Source: Williopsis jadinii
Taxonomy: Eukaryota
Assembly: GCA_024346625.1 (NCBI GenBank)
Contig: AP024664.1
Coordinates: forward strand, 930,001-994,000
Direction of reading: 5' to 3'
DNA: 64,000 bases
Of the stretch, positions 55,158 through 64,000 are shown piece after piece. The notes beneath the pieces are model-generated. The model was given only the letters and a program-made list of their open reading frames with translations. It searched no databases and was not told the DNA's origin. A program made the translations under genes and the position numbers. Numbering within the stretch: the first letter of the stretch is position 1; each line of letters starts with the position of its first letter.

Positions 55158-55883
55158 TTAGTTTTCAACAGCAATAGCCTCGATTTCAACATCGACACCC
55201 AATGGCAAGGCCTTAACAGCGACACAAGATCTAGCTGGCTTGTGGGTGTTGAAGTGTTTAGCGTAGACAACGTTGAAAGCAGCAAAGTCGTTCATGTCAG
55301 CGAGGAAGACATTGATCTTGACAGTCTTGTCAAGACCAGAACCAGCAGCCTCCAAGATGGACTTGACGTTTTGGATACACTGTTCAGCTCTGTCAGAGAT
55401 GGTGCCCTCAACTGGCTTTCCTTCAGGAGTGTATGGAATTTGACCAGAGACGTAAATAAAGTCTTGTTTTGACCATTGTGTTAGTACGTACTGTATGTAG
55501 ATACTGAGGGATTGTGGAGCTGGAGGAGAAGAGGAAATCAGAATTGACCTTGTAGTATCAATTACGCCCTCCACATAGTCCTGTATCGGTTCACTTACTG
55601 TTAGCCTTGATTGCTTGGGAGTAGGAAGCAGCAGCTGGTGGAGCGTTCTTGGTAGCAATCTAGGTGGGATTGTTAATTCAATTCGTTGTTGATTGGCACT
55701 GCATGGGGAAGTCCATCCAGTCTAATCCGCATGAAATGGGGAAGGTTGGATTGGGTATCAACGCATCATACGGTGAAGGCGTGTCAAACTTACTGGAGTG
55801 ATAGTGGACATGTTTCTAGCGGCGAAAGTCAATGCTTTGGATTGGAATCTTGTGGCACGGGCAGCTGTTTGAATGAAAGACAT
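55158..55883 (-). CDS. MMF1: RidA/YjgF enamine deaminase; exons 55794-55883, 55599-55659, 55158-55462 (151 aa)
   Basis: MSFIQTAARATRFQSKALTFAARNMSTITP|IATKNAPPAAASYSQAIKAN|NFIYVSGQIP..KPARSCVAV..LPLGVDVEIE; two GTAAGT introns. Confidence 0.95.
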
Positions 55884-56212
55884 TGGGAGATACACAGACT
55901 AATTTAAGGAGACAAGAACCAAAAAGCTATGATTTTTTCAATTCAAAAGGGGAAAAGCCACGCGACGCGCAGCCTTTATATATATCTCTTCAATATCCGT
56001 CCTAGGCTTCTAACAGTGTCGGTGTGCCCACAGCAGTACATCTTGGAAGCGAGAACCGGGTCAAATTATAGGGAGGAGTCATACCGGAGCCAGACTCCTT
56101 TCCAGGTTACAGACGGGAGGAGTAATATGTACTGATTGTATATGGACAAAGATCCTATAGAGGACACCCTTTTTTCTATGTACACGGGATATATATACAG
56201 TTTATCGTGGCT

Positions 56213-56545
56213 TCACTTGTTCACGCCGGCACCTTCCTCGGCCGTTACAGTGACACCACTGAGAGGTTGAATAGCTTCATACTGCTTCCTGAGTTCTTGC
56301 TGGTACTCATGCTCCTTTTGGTTAGCAACAAGCTTCTTCTTCATGGCTTTCTCCTGCATTCTCTGCGCATCTTTGATAGGACCTTGGTGTAGTGCCTAGT
56401 ATCTCTTGTTAGTACCAACATGGCACACGCAGTGTTCGACACTCCATACCTCTTGTTCCTCTCTTTGCACCTTGTGCACCCAAATCACAGTGACCGTTGA
56501 CACCACGATAGAGGCAGCCAGTGTGATCTTACTAGCAGTGGACAT
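56213..56545 (-). CDS. PET117: Cytochrome c oxidase assembly factor Pet117; exons 56450-56545, 56213-56395 (92 aa)
   Basis: Missing from ORF track; MSTASKITLAAS..VHKVQREEQE|ALHQGPIKDAQR..QPLSG; intron GTATGG..TACTAAC..TAG; lies between MMF1/HMF1 and PCL6/7 as in S. cerevisiae. Confidence 0.93.
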
Positions 56546-57638
56546 GATGTATCTCGAGCACCGTCCTAGAGTGGTATGGTGGATAGCAGGAGACTAAACG
56601 AAAAAAGTGCTACTGAAGGCCTTAGCGGTCTTTGTAAATTTCGGTGTTCCCGCTTGTTGGTAGGGACACTAGCACCTCTCCCTCCCTACAGAGAAGTGCC
56701 ATAGAGCCATTCTTCTCTCTCCGTGTACCACAGCAAGCTCAGAGCTCTCCACCTCCTACACGCGCAACCGTCTACTGTTCAAGAGCAATGGCCTGTACAG
56801 GGCTACGCCACGCACCACAGAAACACATCAATCGAGAGTAAGTGCCTTTTTCTTCGTTTCTCCACCAGCGCACGGTAACGATTCTGATATGCAGTGCTCT
56901 GTCTAACGAGCAAACGGGCGGAGGCGTGCGCGAGAGGATTCCTCTCCAGCGCTAAGTTTTCCCCTAGGGCCTCTGGGTGAGCTTTGCAAGGGAAACAGCG
57001 AAAGGAGCCGCAGCCACAGGCCCACGGGGAGCCCGCGATCCTGAACTTCGCGGGCACGTTGAAGAGAAGGCCGCCGGCAGGGGAGAAAACGTGTGCGGTT
57101 TCTGTCAGGAGGAGACATTATTAGCGAAGCCGTAATTATACGTCGAGAAACAAACACTTAAGCCGAGAACAGCAACGTCACCTGGAGCTCATACACGGAG
57201 CAACAGGCTGTGCAGTACCGGGCTCCTCAGCACCAATCGCTATTCCCCCAGTCGTTCGTAGGCTCTGAGCTGACCAAACTCGTGTAGAGCAAGCGTGTGC
57301 TGTTTGCAGCGGTGTACGTAGATCCTCCCATCATCGCTTTTTCGGGCCCAGCTCTCGAAAATTAATCCAGTGCGGTGGTGGTGGTGCCTGCTTCAAACCC
57401 TACAGCATTAGGCAAAAACAGAAAACAACATAGACACACACGCTTTCAAGAGAGACTAGTCGTCGTGAGCATTCGAGAACCGTGGATTGAGCCAGCATAT
57501 CGCATTGGACTCTTATTGACACTTCACTGGTGCAGACTATATCCACATACTGCTACGCTAGAGACGTCTTGCGTTTCTTCATTCTGGAATCAACCCCCTT
57601 GGACATATCAGTATTCTCAGGACTCAAAGAACTGCGGT

Positions 57639-59370
57639 ATGCAGGTAAGTGACTTCGTTTCTTCGCCCATGGTGTGCTTTTACTGCTTGGAGTAAAGTAT
57701 ACCTGTTTGCTTGTTGTCAGGTTTGCGGTTGGGACTCCTTTGGAACTCCATCCCCTTCCCCATCCCTTGTCGTTTGCCTTCCCACTTTGACTAACAGCTT
57801 TGTCCCCCTTCTACAGAGTCATCAGACACAGCTTGAAAACGATTCAAGCCAGCCCATAATAATACCAGGCCATGAGGTTCTCATCAACAGCGGTGGACAT
57901 AACGTCGCAGCAGGTAACAACAGCACGGTGTTTGTCTCTGATTCGTACCAGACTGCCCAGTCCATGGAGTACCCGTTCTCATCATCAGTCAACTCAACGA
58001 GTTCACAGCAGATGGCGAATTCATATGGCCATCATCAGTTTATGACGGGCAGCAGCTTGCGAAACCAGACACCGTTCAATGCTTCACCTAATGTAACTTA
58101 CTCACCAAGGGCGGACCCGCCTTCGATGACACAGCACAGGCCTTCGTTCACCAGCTCAAACTCGCGTCCCAGCTTGCTCACTACAAAGCTGTCGTCACAA
58201 GCCAGTGTAACGCAATTACCGCCAGTGTCTCAGCAACAGTATGAACAACAGCAGCAGCAATCTGGGAATTCCTTCAGAGCCTCTTTCAGAGACACTCCCT
58301 CGTCTTTTCAGACATTCCAGTCATCATTGCCACAGCGTTCCGCCAACATCAACATTGAGCACCCATCAACTTCTGCTCACTTTAATCAATCCACAGGGGC
58401 GGCAAGTTCGTTTACCCCATTCCATAACACTCCCAGTGTCGTGTCAACCTCGTACTCATCGGCGTCCAATTCTGTGCCGACACACTTCACCCAACCATCC
58501 TCGTTCTCGTTTAACCAGAGGCCCCAACTGGGAACAAGCACAACAGCCCTACACAATGAACATCACACGGACAGAACACCAGCGCGCTCTGTATCTTCAC
58601 AAACCACGCGTGGGTTTGATACCTCAGAAACGCCTAGGGCGCCGCAGGTGGAGAAATTTCCAAGGGACATTGATGTTGATACTGAAGATCAACAGTCATT
58701 ACTGTACGCAGAGCCTCTTATCTCATCAACGCTCTCAGAATCATCATTTGTGGAACATCTGGACATTGTGAATCACCCGACAGGCGACTTACTCCTCATG
58801 CTGGCGGCGTTATTGCAAAAGATCATTGAGGCTAATGATACTCTTCATCCTCATCACTACCACCACGCTTCTCAGATGCATCCTACAAATAAGTATACTG
58901 GCAATGTGCTGGCGTTTCACGGGAGAAATGTCCCAGCTATTAGCATCCACGCCTACTTGACAAGGATTTTGAAGTATTGTCCGGTCACCAACGAGGTGTT
59001 TTTAACATTGTTGGTTTATTTCGACAGGATTGCCAAAAGGGCAAACGCAGGTGATTCAGAAGACGTTCAAGTAGAAGGCAGAGAGGAACAACTCTTTGTG
59101 ATGGATAGTTATAACATCCATCGGTTGATCATCGCTGGAATAACCGTCGCTTCCAAGTTTTTCAGTGATATTTTCTACAAGAACTCAAGATATGCTCGAG
59201 TTGGAGGATTACCATTGGATGAGCTGAACCACCTTGAGCTTCAGTTCCTTTTGTTGACAGATTTCAGATTGTTGATCCCTATCGAAGAGCTACAGAAATA
59301 TGCGGATTTGTTGTTGAAGTTTTGGAACCGTGAACAGTCTAAGAAGGAGTCATCAGACGAGAAGCAGCAA

Positions 59371-59401
<31 letters not shown>

Positions 59402-59430
59402 AACAACAACAACAACAACAACAGGCCTAA
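57639..59430 (+). CDS. PCL7: Pho85 cyclin Pcl6/Pcl7; exons 57639-57644, 57817-59430
   Basis: FHGRNVPAISIHAYLTRILKYCP, NIHRLIIAGITVASKFFSD, YARVGGL; ATGCAG|GTAAGT..GACTAAC..CAG. Confidence 0.9.
59365..59424 (+). repeat. CAG/CAA repeat encoding 20 Gln at the Pcl C-terminus
   Basis: 60 nt of CAG/CAA codons directly before GCC TAA. Confidence 0.95.
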
Positions 59431-59808
59431 TACGATCAGAAGACTATCTTTGACCATGCTGGCATGTCATTTCTGTGCAACTCGGTTTAGAATGAGCAGT
59501 GAGTTTAATCAACCAACCCAATGCGTCCCGGTGTGTGTGTAACAACGTGATGAGATCTGTCACTCCTCCTTAATACCCTCATAGAATGCACAGTAACAAG
59601 GCTTTTATTTACACACCATAGCACGTTTAAAGAAACCTCTCTTTTATTAAAGATAAAAACAACAAACACAAAATCATATTATAAGCGCGTGAATCACCAC
59701 GCCGTATACACTCTTCCGGAAACTGAAACATAAACTTTCCCGTTTAAAGGGTAAACAGGTGTAATCCCATACGCAAGTAATGCAAAATTTACCACCTTTT
59801 TAATGTTC

Positions 59809-60012
59809 TTAACGCAATCTTCTAGCTTCACGCTCAGACTCCATCAAGGACAAGATGTCGTTCTCTCTGACTGGGCCCTTGACGTTTCTGACAATGGTTC
59901 TGGAGGAGTCATCCAAGAACTCAACTCTGACTTGGGTGACACCACCACGGGAACCGGTTCTACCGAGAACCTTCTTAACTCTAGCAAGGGTAACTGGGGT
60001 CTTAGTGTCCAT
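59809..60012 (-). CDS. RPS28: 40S ribosomal protein eS28 (67 aa)
   Basis: [42 protein letters not shown]. Confidence 0.98.
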   Translation of the reverse strand: MDTKTPVTLARVKKVLGRTGSRGGVTQVRVEFLDDSSRTIVRNVKGPVRENDILSLMESEREARRLR

Positions 60013-60063
60013 CTTGTGCTGTAATATGTAGTGATAGTTGTGAGTTGACTCCCGTGACCGCTG

Positions 60064-60148
60064 TGAAAGCTTTTTTTTCCGGTGAAAAATTTTGATCTTT
60101 TGCGACATTTGGTGAAAATAACACCCGGACACCAGATGTGCGCCTAAC
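60064..60148. promoter_or_regulatory. RPS28 promoter: RRPE and Rap1-like site
   Basis: TGAAAAATTTT (60083-60093), ACACCCGGACACC (60121-60133), GAAAGCTTTTTTT shared with RPL34 promoter. Confidence 0.6.
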
Positions 60149-60291
60149 ACATACAACGGTACCGCTTTGGAGCTCTATCATATATGAACGTTACCAGCTT
60201 TTGATGGTGTTTATTCTACGTTAATGGTTCAAGTCTATGTACATAGTACCAAACTCTATATGTAGTATTAAGCCATATGCTTGAGCTGATG

Positions 60292-61319
60292 TTAAACACG
60301 GCAGTTCGAAATCTCGGTCACCATTATATCAGATGCACCAAGCTCTTTGAGCTTGTCCATGATCTCACCCTTACCCTTTCTCTGGATCATGGAGGACACG
60401 GCGACCCAGCCATCGTCGTCAATTGGTGATACAGTTGGAGCACGACGACCTGGTGTGAGCTGGAGAAGTTGATCCAAGTGGTCTCTTGGTGCGTTGTAGG
60501 TACACAACACGAATTTTTGGGCCGTAAGAACACCTTCGATTCTTCCAGTGATCTTCTTCACCAACTCAGGGTAGGCAGTTTCCTTGGATTGAATCAAGTA
60601 AGCTGACGTGGTCAGGACTGTGTCAATGTCCACCAAACCGGCAGCTCTCATGGTTTCACCAGACTCGACCAAGTCAACAATGGCATCTGCAACACCAAGA
60701 GCACAAGATGCTTCGACTGAACCACCAACGTATTTGATGGTTGTCTTGAGTGGAGCACCCGGTGAGACACCCTCGAGCTTCTCAAAGTATTCTGTGGTGA
60801 GTTTTGTGAACGAAGAAACAATGGTCTTACCAACCAATTGCTTTGTATCCTTGATGGAACCGTTCACTGGGACTTGAACTTGCAATCTACACTTACCAAA
60901 ATTGAGGTCCAATGGCAATTCAACGTCCACACCAGACTCCTTAACCTGGTCAACACCAGTGATACCCAAGTCACAACGACCTTCCGCCACAAAGGTTGGG
61001 ATATCAGCAGCAGGAAGGAAGATAAGTGCGATTGGAAGGTTTGTAGAGAGAGCGATATCCAATCTGTTGTGTCTGTGGAACTCAACGTCAGAGCCCTTGA
61101 GTAATTGAATTGCCTTCTCATAGAGACGCCCCTCTATAGTGTTGATCTTTTGTTAGTACGATAAAATTCTTGCCAGCATCACATGGCCTTCCAAGAAAGA
61201 GAGAGAGCACATGGGGAGGGAGCCAAAGCCCAGTATGAAAACCATATTTTGCATTCCAGATACTAACTTTTAGGGACAGCGAACAGTAATCTGTCTTCCA
61301 AGTGATTCACTAAATCCAT
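60292..61319 (-). CDS. HIS1: ATP phosphoribosyltransferase; exons 61268-61319, 60292-61133 (297 aa)
   Basis: MDLVNHLEDRLLFAVPK|KGRLYEK..DLGITG..GSVEASCALGVADAIVDLVESGET; intron GTTAGT..TACTAAC..TAG. Confidence 0.97.
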
Positions 61320-61452
61320 CGTTCAAAAAAATAAACAGTCTAGGCAGCTATAGCTTGAACTTTTATTGAGCGTAATCTCGCAATGTTGATTATAATGGAA
61401 GAGTTTCAATTGTGCGTTTGTAGTCGTCGTCGCATCGACAACAGTGCCCGCC

Positions 61453-61472
61453 AAAAAAAAAACTCTGACTCA
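61453..61472. promoter_or_regulatory. Gcn4 site (TGACTCA) next to a poly(dA:dT) tract in the HIS1 promoter
   Basis: A10 tract then TGACTCA at 61466-61472, ~150 bp upstream of the HIS1 ATG. Confidence 0.75.
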
Positions 61473-61786
61473 GCGTAGTGGGCGGACCGAAACATCACGA
61501 TTACATAATCGATTATTTAATGTACCGTCGGATTATGTACATTTACCTACGGAGCAGGCCCACTTCACAGAAATTGCGTCAATGAGCGGATTTTTGTGTC
61601 AACTTGGTTGAATGTTTATATTTCAAAAAGAAAGCTTTAGTGCCTTTTATTTATAAAATGACGCTTGTCGCTCGAAATATTCTTGTAAACATTGTGAAGC
61701 ACCACGTGATCATACAGTAATCGTCATCAGTGACACGTATCACGTTTGTATATCTAATTTAGGGAAAACATTATGTACATGATTTG

Positions 61787-62959
61787 TTATGCTTTGTTGA
61801 GTTTATGCTTTAAGACATTTAGGAGTGTTCCCATTATGAAAATCCTTCCATCTATTGAAGACAGGTTCACTTTATCCAAGGACATATCTACATAATGCTC
61901 TTGGAGATAGTCTAACTGTAGCAGCTTTGAGGTCAAGTACCCAGTGATTTGCGAAACGATAACACCACAGTCACTTCCGTTGAGTTGTTGTGGAGTGGCC
62001 ATAAGACGCACATGGAATTTTGTTCCATCGTTCAAGTAATCCTCCACTTTACTGATAACATCCCTAGCCTCTCTTTCGGTTGCTTGCTCCATCGAATCGT
62101 AGACCATGGCAACTTTATCCAACATGCTAATGACAACCAAGGACCAATGAGAGCCTGCACAGACAGCTTCAACGTCATCGTTATCATTGACAGGAAGAAA
62201 CAGGAATTTCCCTTTCTCCAGAGGCGGAATTACCCCCCTCAATTGCTGTGGCTCGGGTGTCTGAGCAAGGAGGTACACCATCGAGGGTCTCACCAGTTGT
62301 ATGGCGCTCGACACGAGCTTGTCGTATTTTGATAACTGATATCTTTCTAGATATTCATATACGAACGAGATGTCATTGTCGTTGAACCACTCGTCATCTT
62401 TGAGATTGACCAAGTCCTCGCCATATATTGAGACATCAAAGAACTGTAGGATCTTATCGTCCAACCGCTTCTTTCCCGAAACTGAGATGATCTCAGCGTA
62501 TAAATTGTTCAATACTTTTACGCTCTTAGCATCAGACGCCACATTATCAAAGGAGTAATGCGTATTTTTATCCTTCTTCGAGCCCTTTATGCCCTTCTGT
62601 GCTTTCTTCTCCCTTTTCCTTTCAAGCTTCCGCTGATGCTTCGATAGAGCCTTGCTCTTAGGAGGCAGCCTATTCTTTACCTCTTCACTTTCAACGTTAC
62701 GCATACTGAAACCGCCATCTCTTTGGTGGTTGAGAGCCACGTCTGATTCATCTGCATACATGCTCTCATTCTCAGCATCATCCGCCTCAACAGTGTAAGA
62801 GTCATAGTAACTCTTTGGTGTCTTTTCATCTTGATGTTCACTCCAGTCGAACTGATCAAAGCCATCCGTCGTAACCTCGTCGTTGTTCTCAGACTCGTCA
62901 AAGCACCCGTTCTTCGCTATACAGTACCCCTTGTATTCATTATACACGACTCTCAGCAT
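61787..62959 (-). CDS. Ulp1/C48 family cysteine protease, NEDP1/SENP8(DEN1)-like
   Basis: EWFNDNDISFVYEYL, FLPVND, GSHWSL, YDS, QQLNGSDCGV (His-Asp-Cys triad); start at first ATG is tentative. Confidence 0.85.
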   Translation of the reverse strand: MLRVVYNEYKGYCIAKNGCFDESENNDEVTTDGFDQFDWSEHQDEKTPKSYYDSYTVEADDAENESMYADESDVALNHQRDGGFSMRNVESEEVKNRLPPKSKALSKHQRKLERKREKKAQKGIKGSKKDKNTHYSFDNVASDAKSVKVLNNLYAEIISVSGKKRLDDKILQFFDVSIYGEDLVNLKDDEWFNDNDISFVYEYLERYQLSKYDKLVSSAIQLVRPSMVYLLAQTPEPQQLRGVIPPLEKGKFLFLPVNDNDDVEAVCAGSHWSLVVISMLDKVAMVYDSMEQATEREARDVISKVEDYLNDGTKFHVRLMATPQQLNGSDCGVIVSQITGYLTSKLLQLDYLQEHYVDMSLDKVNLSSIDGRIFIMGTLLNVLKHKLNKA

Positions 62960-64000
62960 AGTCGGGCCTCCCACACAGTTGCTGTATGAACTCTTTGAAT
63001 GAATCTGTGCCTTATAGTTCTCCCTGCACCGATTCTTAGACCTCGATGCCCATCGAACGGTAAAAAAGTCTTGGTAGGTACACAGTGGGAATACGGTGGG
63101 CACACGGTGGGCTCGCAGTAGAGCCCCCCCCCCCTAGGCTCAAGACCCAGTGCCTAGGTAGCAGACACACCAGTCCAACTGCAGGCACGGGCGCTCCAGA
63201 GATTACTGCCCAGCGGGATGACGTGCGCAAAGGTCAAGCCGCCACACTGTGCGGACAACGAGGAGGCAAGCGTAGCTAAATCATCGTTCTGTCACACGTG
63301 AACTTTAACAACTGTGAAAGGATCTTCTCCCCGATCCGGTAATTACACCGTCGTTCTACTTGCGTTTTAGCATTGTGGCTAGTGAATAATGATCCGTGTT
63401 CCCTACAGAGAGGATTTCCTTATCAGGCACAAGGCCCAGAAGAACGTCTCGAGTCTCGACACAGCACCCTCACAGACTGATTGTGGCGAATGACGTGGAG
63501 TTGGATCTCCAAAAAGTGTGGCGCTTGCCGTACGGGCAATTGGCAAAGCCTATCCGCGCTTTCTCTACAAGAAGGGTAAAAAGAAAAACAATTTCGTCAC
63601 TTTGGAGCTCGCATAGAATAATAAAAAGAGGCCACAGCTGCACAGAAAAGGACTCTCTTGAGGAAAAAACACACACACGCACAGGGCCACAAAAAAAGAA
63701 AGCAGAAAGACAAAACTGTGGTGGTGGAGACATACTGTTATCGTAAGAAGGTGATTTAAAGAACACAGTTCCCACATACAGTGAGTGTTTGCAGCTTCTA
63801 TAATCTTGCATTGATCATCAGGCGTTATTTGAGACTTGAAAGTTGATCGTTTTCGTTTCTGTTTATTGCTGTCATTTGATCATCAACACTGAAAGAGATG
63901 GACCTTGGGCTGAGTTGTCATCACCGTGAGGGACAGAAGCCACTCCTACGACAAGATAACGAGGACAAGAAAATACCTCAAGCACAGGAAAGAAACATTT

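Noticed and set aside
63898..64000. ATG-initiated open frame running off the window end
   Set aside because: Only 34 codons visible and not recognisable
1..64000. Transposons/LTRs, CRISPR arrays, rRNA, spliceosomal snRNAs, RNase P/MRP/SRP RNAs
   Set aside because: No gag/pol/transposase ORFs, repeat-spacer arrays or recognisable conserved RNA cores seen by eye; degenerate solo LTRs or divergent ncRNAs cannot be excluded without a search

Overview
Gene-dense chromosomal segment of a budding yeast (Saccharomycotina). It uses the standard genetic code (CTG=Leu at conserved sites), encodes a complex I subunit and is relatively intron-rich (15 spliceosomal introns reconstructed by eye). It holds about 30 protein-coding genes and 4 tRNA genes. 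The left arm (EPL1, perilipin-like, ARO9, AAH1, ASI2, PGA1, NUZM, FAR-17a, NSG, IGO1) and right arm (DFG10, CEM1, CDC60, SYG1, NEO1, RPL34, MMF1, PET117, PCL6/7, RPS28, HIS1, NEDP1-like protease) largely match two separate ancestral yeast synteny blocks. Between them (20.6-37.9 kb) lies the best candidate for an undescribed system: a three-gene module [HOL1-family MFS transporter - Zn2Cys6 regulator - amidase-signature amidase] present as two intact, diverged tandem copies. Its promoters are GATAAG-rich and the copies show patchy gene-conversion tracts, suggesting a nitrogen-regulated amide uptake/hydrolysis cluster of unknown substrate. Other highlights: an intron-split, tail-anchored protein with an EESWIDL AIM/LIR-like motif (candidate selective-autophagy receptor), a dual-ATG MMF1, structured 'zipper' introns, and identical tRNA-Lys genes bracketing LeuRS. 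All homology calls are from recalled sequence motifs; no database search was run.
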